The notes under the pieces: generated by a model
Database searches by the model: none
What the model was told of the DNA's origin: nothing
The model's input: the letters and a program-made list of their open reading frames with translations, nothing else
Shown: positions 27,115-34,922 of the stretch, piece after piece
Position numbering within the stretch: position 1 is the stretch's first letter
Layout: each line of letters opens with the position of its first letter
From: an uncultured Nitrospiraceae bacterium
GTDB lineage: Bacteria; Nitrospirota; Thermodesulfovibrionia; Thermodesulfovibrionales; Dissulfurispiraceae
Assembly: GCA_963727805.1 (NCBI GenBank)
Contig: CAVSHF010000003.1
Location: 224,001 to 288,000, forward strand
Direction of reading: 5' to 3'
DNA: 64,000 nucleotides
Program-made: the position numbers and the translations under genes

Positions 27115-28220
27115 AAAAAACACTGGTGGCACTTCTTCTGGCATTACTCATGATATTTTTTATGGCTTCCGTTGTTTTAGCTGAACGTGTCAAGGATATA
27201 GCATCGTTTTCGGGTATCAGGGAAAACGAGATAATCGGCTACGGGCTTGTTGTCGGACTTAACCAGACGGGAGACAAAGACGGCACTTACATTTATCAGC
27301 CTTTTGCCAATATGCTCAACAAGATGGGCATCAACGTTACCCAGGCTGACTTAAAGACCAAGACAAAGAACATTGCCGCAGTTATTGTCACCGCAAAACT
27401 GCCGACGATGGTAAGACCGGGGTCAACTGTCGATGTTCAGGTCTCTTCAATCGGTGATGCCAAGAGCCTTCAGGGCGGCACGCTGCTAATGGCCCCGCTT
27501 AAAGGCCCCGACGGTAATGTCTATGCTGTTGCTCAAGGGCCTATTTCGATAGGGGGCTTCTCTGCGGGTGGTGGGGGTACGACAACCGTTAAAAATCATC
27601 CGACTGTAGGGATGATCCCAAACGGCGCTATCGTCGAAAAAGAAGTTCCAGTACAGATGAACAGGAAAAGCAGGCTTGAGCTGCTTCTTGCTACTCAGGA
27701 CGTAACGACGGCTATGCGGATTGCGGACAAAATCAATGCACAGTTCCAGGGGGGCATCGCCAAAGCGGAAACCCCGTCACTGGTGGCTCTGAGCATCCCG
27801 CAAGAATATTCAGATAGGGTTATTGATTTTATGTCAAAAGTAGAACTCATAGAGGTGCAAGTAGATATGCCTGCCAAGGTCATCGTTAACGAGCGTACGG
27901 GCACCGTGGTAATAGGAGAGAATGTAAGGATTAGCCCCATTGCTCTTGCTCACGGCGGTCTTACGATCGAGATCAAGACAGAATACCAGGTTTCACAGCC
28001 GCAGTCTTTCGCACCCAAGAAGGCAGAAACTGTGGTTGTCCCCAAAACCGAGGTTAAGGCTGAAGAAAAGAAGGGGACGCTCATGGAAGTTAAGGGAACT
28101 ACCGTCGGGGAACTAATCAAAGCGTTAAATGCGCTTGGAGTTACCCCGAGAGACCTTGTTGCGATAATGCAGGCCATAAAGGCTTCCGGTAATCTGAAAG
28201 CCGAACTGGTGTTAATGTGA
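27111..28220 (+). CDS. flgI: Flagellar P-ring protein FlgI
   Basis: RVKDIA..GYGLVVGL, SSIGDAKSLQGGTL, VNERTGTVV. Confidence 0.97.
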   Translation: MKKTLVALLLALLMIFFMASVVLAERVKDIASFSGIRENEIIGYGLVVGLNQTGDKDGTYIYQPFANMLNKMGINVTQADLKTKTKNIAAVIVTAKLPTMVRPGSTVDVQVSSIGDAKSLQGGTLLMAPLKGPDGNVYAVAQGPISIGGFSAGGGGTTTVKNHPTVGMIPNGAIVEKEVPVQMNRKSRLELLLATQDVTTAMRIADKINAQFQGGIAKAETPSLVALSIPQEYSDRVIDFMSKVELIEVQVDMPAKVIVNERTGTVVIGENVRISPIALAHGGLTIEIKTEYQVSQPQSFAPKKAETVVVPKTEVKAEEKKGTLMEVKGTTVGELIKALNALGVTPRDLVAIMQAIKASGNLKAELVLM

Positions 28221-28657
28221 TGGCAACGATGACTGGAATAACGTCACAAGCAGTGCTCCCGGCCAATCTCTTGATGGACTCTGGAAGAATTGCCGGGTTG
28301 GATAAAAACATGGATCCTCAGAAAGCAGCTAAACAGGTGGAACAGGTCTTTCTCGGAGAGTTAATCAAAGTCATGTTCGACAATACTGAAGTCGGCAAAG
28401 GCCAAATGGTGTCAGGCTATATGCCCATCGTTGCGTCGGAGGTTGCCAAAGCACTTTCAGCCCGGGGCATAGGGTTTCACGAGTTTTTGATGAGAAGTCC
28501 ACAATTCAGTAACATGGTGACAAAAAATCAGACAACAGATAAGACTGACAAAAGAGCTGACAACAACGCAGCGGTGGATAAGACGGTTGGAGAATTAAAG
28601 ATGCCTGTGCGCGGAGGTATTACTTCTGCTTACGGGGCGGTTTCCAGGGCAAAGTGA
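28217..28657 (+). CDS. flgJ: FlgJ-like rod-binding protein with a truncated M23 remnant
   Basis: KAAKQVEQVFLGELIKVM..EVAKALS.RGIG; directly after flgI; ends MPVRGGITSAYG. Confidence 0.75.
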   Translation: MMATMTGITSQAVLPANLLMDSGRIAGLDKNMDPQKAAKQVEQVFLGELIKVMFDNTEVGKGQMVSGYMPIVASEVAKALSARGIGFHEFLMRSPQFSNMVTKNQTTDKTDKRADNNAAVDKTVGELKMPVRGGITSAYGAVSRAK

Positions 28658-28695
28658 GTTGGGGGCGTCGCGGTTGACCCCACTGGCAAGTACTG

Positions 28696-28722
28696 TTAAT
28701 TTTTTCCAGGAACCTCCGATAA
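28696..28722 (+). promoter_or_regulatory. Possible sigma28 promoter of flgMNKL
   Basis: TTAA-N15-TCCGATAA. Confidence 0.55.
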
Positions 28723-28766
28723 CTAAGTATAATACTATGGCCATAGGATTATACGAATAGGAGGAC

Positions 28767-29072
28767 ATGAAAATGAGGATCACAGACAAGGCAGACGTCG
28801 GCGGGGTCAACTTTCAAAAGCCAGAGAAAACAAAGGATAAGGCAAGCGAAGGGGCGTCCGGAGAAGTCACATCGAAGGACGACCAGATAAGCCTATCGGG
28901 CGCAGCCAAGGAGATTGGCAGGCTGCAAGCAGAAGTGAGCAAGCTGCCCGATGTCCGTACCGACAAGGTGGAAGAACTTAAAAGTGCAATTAATTCGGGC
29001 ACTTACAATGTGAAGGGGGATGCCATAGCCGGCAAATTATTGAAAAATGCAATCATCGACGAACTTATATGA
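28767..29072 (+). CDS. flgM: Anti-sigma28 factor FlgM
   Basis: DQISLS..PDVRTDKVEELKSAINSGTYNV...IAGKLL. Confidence 0.93.
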   Translation: MKMRITDKADVGGVNFQKPEKTKDKASEGASGEVTSKDDQISLSGAAKEIGRLQAEVSKLPDVRTDKVEELKSAINSGTYNVKGDAIAGKLLKNAIIDELI

Positions 29073-29493
29073 AGAACTGATCGCTGTACTGGAACGAGAG
29101 TTTGACCTCTGTTCCGATTTGGTAGCACTGCTGCAGAAGGAAAAGGATGTGATCGCGGGCCTTGACACCGTGGCCCTCGATGGACATCTCAGGGACAAGG
29201 AACTTGTTACCGCCAAGATTCAGGTGCTTGAAGACTCTAGAGAGAGGATCCTGCAATCACTTGGATTCACTGACAAGACGCTTTCCGAAGTGGCTGCATC
29301 TGCTGAACCGAATTATAAAGAACGCCTTTCCTTTATTGCATCCAAATTCAAATCCATTGCAAACAGCATAAAGGAATTGAATACCCTGAACAGTCTGTTG
29401 ATAGACAAATCGCTTTTTTACATCAAAAGCTCCCGTAATTTCCTGAGTACTTTTGGTATCAATCCCAAGCAACGCGTTTCCATGGAGGCATGA
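29047..29493 (+). CDS. flgN: Export chaperone FlgN
   Basis: Helical, L..LLQKEKDVI, ELN.LN..LI; between flgM and flgK. Confidence 0.85.
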   Translation: MQSSTNLYEELIAVLEREFDLCSDLVALLQKEKDVIAGLDTVALDGHLRDKELVTAKIQVLEDSRERILQSLGFTDKTLSEVAASAEPNYKERLSFIASKFKSIANSIKELNTLNSLLIDKSLFYIKSSRNFLSTFGINPKQRVSMEA

Positions 29494-30869
29494 CGATGTC
29501 TATGCTCGGCATTTTGAACATCGGGACCAGCGCACTTCTTGCTGCACAGAGTGCCATGAACACTACATCAAACAATGTGGCCAACGCATCGACTCCCGGC
29601 TATACACGCCAGGAAGTGGAGTTGTCGAGTGTCCCGTCTGGACTAACAGGCCTCACAGGGTCAAGTGGAAATGGGGTAACTGTTACAGATGTCAAGAGGC
29701 TCTATGACTCCTTTACTACCCTGCAGTTAAGAACTGAGGAGTCCAACTCATCTTATTGGAGCACCTATTCAAATTATGCCAGCTCCATAGAAAATGTATT
29801 CAACGAAACCTCTACTACCGGGATAGGCCCTGCCATCAGCAACTTTTTCAATGACTGGCAGCAAGTTGCGCAGAATCCGCAGGGCACTGCTGAAAGGACT
29901 ACACTTCTCAGCGATGCACAGTACCTGAGTTCACGTATCAGTGGCGCGTATAATAATCTTGCAAACCAGCAAGCACAGATTTATCAAAATAGCCAAGACC
30001 TGGTGACACAGGTCAATAATATCTCACAACAGATTAATGGCCTTAACGGAAAAATCGTCTCCGCTCCAGGAGACCTCGGGCTGCAAGACCAGAGGGATTC
30101 ATTGGTAGAGCAGCTCAACCAGATCACTCGCGTGACTACCGTCGAAGACAGCAGTGGCAGATATAATGTTTATGTAGGGGGGACGGCACTTGTTGATGCT
30201 TCCGGTTCACATGATATGTCGGTTGCCCTGGATGGCAATAATGCCATGCAATTTAGCGTCGGCGCTACTAATATCAACAGCCAGATGACGACCGGCGGTC
30301 AACTCAATGCCAACCTCGTTGCACGGGATACTACCATAGCGGGCTATATCACACAGCTTAATACATTTGCGACCGACTTCAGCAACACTATCAATGCCCA
30401 GCAAGCTGCGGGCTTTGATTTAAACGGCACGGCAGGCGCAAATTTATTCACCACGCCCTCAGCCCAGTTTGCCGCGCGGGATATGAGTGTGGCTATCACC
30501 GACCCGAATAAGATTGCGGCATCGGCGACTGCAGCCGGGGTACCTGGCGATAATCAGAATGCTCAGGCTATCGCAAACCTTGCGGATTCGGCATTTATGT
30601 CGGGCAGCACTCCCACTGATTATTACAGCAATATTGTCTCTGCCGCTGGCACAGATGCCCAGTCGGCAAATACGTATGTATCATTTGAGACATCCCTGGT
30701 GAATCAGCTGCAAACACAGAGACAGTCAACATCGGGAGTAAGTCTCGACCAGGAGGCGGCTAACCTGGTTCAGTATGAGAAATCCTACGAGGCGGCGGCA
30801 AAGATTATCAGTATGGGCAGTGATCTTCTGGACACTATTATCGGGATGGTCAGTACAAGTACCAGTTAA
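29490..30869 (+). CDS. flgK: Hook-associated protein FlgK
   Basis: SNNVANASTPGYTRQ, DQRD.L, SGVSLDQEAANL..Y..AAK. Confidence 0.95.
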   Translation: MTMSMLGILNIGTSALLAAQSAMNTTSNNVANASTPGYTRQEVELSSVPSGLTGLTGSSGNGVTVTDVKRLYDSFTTLQLRTEESNSSYWSTYSNYASSIENVFNETSTTGIGPAISNFFNDWQQVAQNPQGTAERTTLLSDAQYLSSRISGAYNNLANQQAQIYQNSQDLVTQVNNISQQINGLNGKIVSAPGDLGLQDQRDSLVEQLNQITRVTTVEDSSGRYNVYVGGTALVDASGSHDMSVALDGNNAMQFSVGATNINSQMTTGGQLNANLVARDTTIAGYITQLNTFATDFSNTINAQQAAGFDLNGTAGANLFTTPSAQFAARDMSVAITDPNKIAASATAAGVPGDNQNAQAIANLADSAFMSGSTPTDYYSNIVSAAGTDAQSANTYVSFETSLVNQLQTQRQSTSGVSLDQEAANLVQYEKSYEAAAKIISMGSDLLDTIIGMVSTSTS

Positions 30870-30880
30870 GGAGGTAATAC

Positions 30881-31774
30881 GTGAGAATTACAACACAGAT
30901 GCTCTATTCGCAATTTAACTATAACCTTCAAAATAGCATGAATGCCGTTTATCAAACTGACGAACAGATTGCAAGCGGACAAAAATTGAACACCCCTTCA
31001 GATGATCCTTCCGCGGTATCGGATATCATCTCTGGCAAGGCAGAGTTAAGTTCCATTGCAGGGTACCAGGATGCGATTACCAGCGCCAACCTGTTGCTGA
31101 ATGCTACCAATACGGCTCTTGGGAGCCTGAGCACGCTTATTTCAAGCGCTCAACAGGCAGGCCAGAGTGCTTTGTCAGCATCGGCATCTGATATGGGTAC
31201 CTATGCATCCATGGTTGGCAATCTGATTCAGAGCACCATAGGAATCGCCAATACAAAGGTTGGGGACAAGTATATTTTTTCGGGATTCGCAACTGACAAG
31301 CCTGCAGTCGATAGTTCAGGCCTGCTGCAGGGTACATCGGACCTCATCTCGATGCAGATCAATACCGGGACTTCGGTCAAGGTGAATGTTACGGCTGCAG
31401 GCCTGATTTCATCTGCTGCCCCCCTGGACAACACTACTATCATCGGGGCAATGACAGCCCTCCAGACAGCTATTCAGGCTAACAATCAGGCAAACATCCA
31501 GTCCGCGCTGACAGCTCTTGGCAATCTCTCATCGACCGTTCTTGCCAAGCAATCCGATGTGGGTACGAGATTGAATATGACCAATCAGGAAAGTCAGGTT
31601 CTCACCGCAACGGATACGGATGTCACCAACGATGTGTCCGACAAGCTAATGCTTTCCACAGTTGATATTGCCAGGCTCTCTGCACTTTCGCAGCAGCAGC
31701 AGACTGCGTTGTCGAGCTTAAGGACTATCACCAACGGTGCCCTTAATACAAGTCTTTTTGATTTCTTGAAATGA
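30881..31774 (+). CDS. flgL: Hook-associated protein FlgL
   Basis: MRITT, SGQKLNTPSDDP, YIFSG, SLFDFLK. Confidence 0.93.
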   Translation: MRITTQMLYSQFNYNLQNSMNAVYQTDEQIASGQKLNTPSDDPSAVSDIISGKAELSSIAGYQDAITSANLLLNATNTALGSLSTLISSAQQAGQSALSASASDMGTYASMVGNLIQSTIGIANTKVGDKYIFSGFATDKPAVDSSGLLQGTSDLISMQINTGTSVKVNVTAAGLISSAAPLDNTTIIGAMTALQTAIQANNQANIQSALTALGNLSSTVLAKQSDVGTRLNMTNQESQVLTATDTDVTNDVSDKLMLSTVDIARLSALSQQQQTALSSLRTITNGALNTSLFDFLK

Positions 31775-31798
31775 GATAAGACTGCCGAAGTCCAACAG

Positions 31799-31826
31799 AA
31801 AGGAAGGCATTAGCCTTCCTTTTTTT
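31799..31826 (+). terminator. Intrinsic terminator after flgL (possibly bidirectional)
   Basis: AAAGGAAGGC-ATTA-GCCTTCCTTT plus a T run. Confidence 0.85.
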
Positions 31827-32223
31827 GTTTTCATACTATCTATTGGTTAGGAGAAATGGTGCATCGGCGGAATTTTGAGTTTTTGGTGCTATTTCCAAAA
31901 GAGGCTTTGATTACAATCGGTGGTAGCAGCCGCGGTTTGTGTCTGAGCACTCACAGGTTCAAGTGGGGAATATCAAGCCTTGATGCTCACCGAAATTTGC
32001 AACATTTTATCTGCATATCGAGACGTCATAAGTCGCGTTTTGAGAATGTCTTTGCTGATGGATCACCGATTCATGATTGGAAGTATTTTTTTCGGCATCG
32101 GTAGTACTCTGGTTCAGCCTCACCTTGACGTTTCCTCTTTCATTCTGACAATCAGAGAATCAATTGGATCGATGCTATCGCAGGCAGTATTGTCCCCTGC
32201 GAGCACCATGTTCTTAGTGCTTC

Positions 32224-32517
32224 CTATGACCATCTCGAGGTTATTCTTATTTTGCTTTGGGAGTTATTATGCTGGTATGACTTGGCTGCAGACTCGGCCT
32301 CTTGTGGTGGTTTGACTGCACTTGTCGTGAGATTGGATGCTGCAGCATTTTGTGCTTCGTTGCTGATTGTTACCTTGTCAGCGGCAGCATGATGCTTTGC
32401 ATGGGCCTTGTGGGTTTTCGCGTGGTTATGGGTTATATTGGTGACTTGCGATGCCGGCTCGGTTGCGCCTGCAGCCGAATTGACGACTCCTGTGATTCTG
32501 TTGTCTACCATAGCCAT
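32224..32517 (-). CDS. Hypothetical Ala/His-rich protein (97 aa)
   Basis: AAGGGG RBS, follows flaF; contains DKVTISNEAQ. Confidence 0.6.
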   Translation of the reverse strand: MAMVDNRITGVVNSAAGATEPASQVTNITHNHAKTHKAHAKHHAAADKVTISNEAQNAAASNLTTSAVKPPQEAESAAKSYQHNNSQSKIRITSRWS

Positions 32518-32563
32518 AAATTATCCCCTTCATGCGCATTAATTGTTATTACCGAGTTTGTGT

Positions 32564-32947
32564 CTATCGCCCCTGCAGTCCGGCGGCAATATTGAGGTTG
32601 ATGTTCACGAGGATGTTCAGCTTCTCTTTGGCGGGGGTGATCATAATGTCCACCGTATGTCTGTTGATGAAGGCGGAGAGTCTCAGAATGTTTATTCTGA
32701 TTTCACCTGGAAGCTGACAAGCATCATTGGCAACCTCGGTTTGAAATATTGTCCAGACTCTTTGGTTTAATTTGAGCGCATCTGACAGGCGCGTCCTGAT
32801 GTCCGGATGGTCCCATGTGTCGATGCAGTCATTCAGTTTGAGTGCACACTTTGTTAATACGTCAGATTCGGTATCCCTGCCGCTGACTGTTGCTGTGTGG
32901 ACTGTCTTGTATGCGTTTATTTGCTTGTTACACGCCATGGCTCGCAC
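32564..32947 (-). CDS. flaF: Flagellar biosynthesis regulator FlaF
   Basis: AY......SGRDTE..VL, DAL..NQRVWTIF, LP.EIR.NIL.LS.FI, LVNIN.NIAAGL; coupled to flbT. Confidence 0.88.
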   Translation of the reverse strand: MRAMACNKQINAYKTVHTATVSGRDTESDVLTKCALKLNDCIDTWDHPDIRTRLSDALKLNQRVWTIFQTEVANDACQLPGEIRINILRLSAFINRHTVDIMITPAKEKLNILVNINLNIAAGLQGR

Positions 32948-33338
32948 TGATAGCCTCCTCTAATAATTTATTTTCCATTTCGATAAGTGTTTTTATTTGC
33001 GTTAGCGCTTTATAGTATTTTTGATCCATTACCAGTTTGGTTATTATATTGATCGGTCCAACCAGACTCGGAGCAGCCTTCATTATTTCCATTATTTGAG
33101 ACGAATATGAAGTGGAATATCGATCCAAATTGTCGGAATCGATATACATGAGCTGGACCGTAAAATACAGGTTTTTGCACGGTGTATTTGCATCTTGCGG
33201 CCTAATGATCTCCTTTTCTCTTAAGATGCTCACTTTGTTTTCGAATACCAGCTCACATCGTCTTGTCCCGCCGTTTGTGATCACCGCTCCGCTGACAATA
33301 CATTTCTCGCCTGGCTTCAACTCAATTTTTAATGGCAT
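32928..33338 (-). CDS. flbT: Flagellin translational regulator FlbT
   Basis: MPLKIELKPGEK.IV.GAVITNG, ILRE.EI....ANTP...LYF.VQLMYID, YYKAL...K.LI..E. Confidence 0.92.
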   Translation of the reverse strand: MPLKIELKPGEKCIVSGAVITNGGTRRCELVFENKVSILREKEIIRPQDANTPCKNLYFTVQLMYIDSDNLDRYSTSYSSQIMEIMKAAPSLVGPINIITKLVMDQKYYKALTQIKTLIEMENKLLEEAISASHGV

Positions 33339-33373
33339 TTTCTATGCCCTCCTTGGAACAATATTCTATTGTT

Positions 33374-33853
33374 TTAGACTTTGATATTTAAAAGCGACCC
33401 GGGTTTTGCCGGTTCGGTGGATAATTGGTGGTTATCATTCAGAGTATCTTTCAGCTTGTATAGATTGTCAAGAGCTTTCGAGACTTCTATATCTGTTGCA
33501 TTGGGCGGCAGCGTATTGCCGGGGGACACTATTTTCTTGATATTATGGTCTATAGGTGACGTCTTGATGTCTTCCTGTAGTCCCTTAATTCTCTTGATTA
33601 ATGCTGGTCTTTGCGGATGCCCAGCTGGGAAGAAAGGCGGAAAAGAGTCAATTAATTCCTTCAGTTGGTTCTGTATATAATTTACACCTTGCAATATTGA
33701 TGTTACATCAGCTGCTGTTGTACTGCCTGTATTTGATGTATCAGCTTGGAAAAAAGAATTTGTTGTTCTGTTTGTGGTCGCATCACTATTCATCCCGTCG
33801 CTTCGGGTTATGGCCTGAGAATATTGACTTGTCTGTACGCCGCTGATATCCAT
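33374..33853 (-). CDS. Hypothetical protein directly downstream of flagellin
   Basis: 159 aa; S/T-rich N-terminus, FPPFFPAG motif between helices, C-terminus GSLLNIKV. Confidence 0.75.
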   Translation of the reverse strand: MDISGVQTSQYSQAITRSDGMNSDATTNRTTNSFFQADTSNTGSTTAADVTSILQGVNYIQNQLKELIDSFPPFFPAGHPQRPALIKRIKGLQEDIKTSPIDHNIKKIVSPGNTLPPNATDIEVSKALDNLYKLKDTLNDNHQLSTEPAKPGSLLNIKV

Positions 33854-33873
33854 GTTTTTTTAAGCCCCGATGA

Positions 33874-33900
33874 TATAAAGTGGGGGGGAAATCCCCCCCT
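33874..33900 (-). terminator. Hairpin after flagellin (weak terminator or mRNA stabiliser)
   Basis: G7-AAAT-C7 stem with a short U-rich tail on the minus strand. Confidence 0.55.
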
Positions 33901-33927
33901 TAGCTCAGTTATACAAAAAACGTAATC

Positions 33928-34761
33928 CTATCCGAACAGTTTCAGTACTGACTGTGCCGACTGAGACGCAAGGCTCAGTGCCGTTGTGCCAAGTGACTGC
34001 CTGGTCTGGAGCATCAGCATGTTCGCGCCTTCCTGATTAGTGTCTGCGAGTGTAAGGTTATCTGAGCCAGTCTGAAGCACGTTCATGATGCCAGTTGAAA
34101 AGCTCTGTCTCGTCTGTATGATTGAAAGGCTGCTGGAAAGTGTTTGAGCCGTGCCTTGCAACGTTGTGATAGCAGCCGAGGCTGCGGCATTAGCGCCAGC
34201 TAGAGCGGTCCAACCGGTAACTCCGGTATCGCCGGCTGTATATGCAGTGATAAGTCCGAGAGTAGTGCTTGTCGTTGCCGCGGCAGGCGTAACAGTTAAT
34301 TTGTCAGCCGCGCCAGACCCGAAAGTAACCGTAAGCGTATTGGCGGCGAGCAGGTTTGTTCCCTGGAATCCGGAATCCCCTGACATTTGGTCGATCTGAT
34401 CCAAAACTGTTTTATACTGGGTTTCCAGATTAAACTGAGCCGTCTTGTCAGAGGTGGCTAAGGCCGATTGTACTAACGACTGAGCCTGCTGAGTCAATGA
34501 TTGAATACTGGTGATACCCTGGTTGGCAGCCTGGATAGTCTGAATACCATTGCTCATGCCGTCGTTGTAGGACGCGAGCTGATTAGCCTGATTCAGCATA
34601 TTCTGAGATGCAAAGTACTCAAGCGGGTTATCCAGGGCTGAATTGACTTTCTTGCCTGTTGCCAAGTGCTGCTGAGTGGTTTGTGTTAGATTGGCGGTGT
34701 TCTGAAGTGCTACGAGGTTGGCCCTCATGCCTGCTGTTAAAGAAATGTCTCCGATGCTCAT
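33928..34761 (-). CDS. fliC: Flagellin (short, alphaproteobacterial-style)
   Basis: ISLTAGMRANL..LQ...LATGKKVNSALDNP..YF; C-terminal LTLADTNQEGANMLMLQTRQSL..SAQSVLKLFG. Confidence 0.95.
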   Translation of the reverse strand: MSIGDISLTAGMRANLVALQNTANLTQTTQQHLATGKKVNSALDNPLEYFASQNMLNQANQLASYNDGMSNGIQTIQAANQGITSIQSLTQQAQSLVQSALATSDKTAQFNLETQYKTVLDQIDQMSGDSGFQGTNLLAANTLTVTFGSGAADKLTVTPAAATTSTTLGLITAYTAGDTGVTGWTALAGANAAASAAITTLQGTAQTLSSSLSIIQTRQSFSTGIMNVLQTGSDNLTLADTNQEGANMLMLQTRQSLGTTALSLASQSAQSVLKLFG

Positions 34762-34871
34762 GGTATATCTCCTCTGATGGGAATATTTACCTGCCTTCTG
34801 GCAGGCTTCGCGGCATTTGCTTCTTTACTTCCGTTTCTTGCTTCCCCCTTCCTTCATTTCCTTTAATATAG

Positions 34872-34898
34872 TTTTCGACGGTGTCAGGAAAAACTTTA
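34872..34898 (-). promoter_or_regulatory. sigma28 promoter of flagellin
   Basis: TAAAGTTT-N11-GTCGAAAA on the minus strand. Confidence 0.85.
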
Positions 34899-34922
34899 GC
34901 GTATTTTCACAAAAAAATTTCA

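Noticed and set aside
28655..28657. In-frame TGA in flgJ as selenocysteine/readthrough
   Set aside because: Readthrough adds only 14 residues, does not restore the catalytic motifs, and the site has no redox context
31856..32315. Plus-strand ORFs 31856-32104 and 31980-32315
   Set aside because: They lie downstream of the flgL terminator with no recognisable features; the region may be a decayed minus-strand gene, but this cannot be supported
34762..34865. c-di-GMP riboswitch in the flagellin leader
   Set aside because: The conserved GEMM-I/II elements were not recognisable; an Infernal search would settle it
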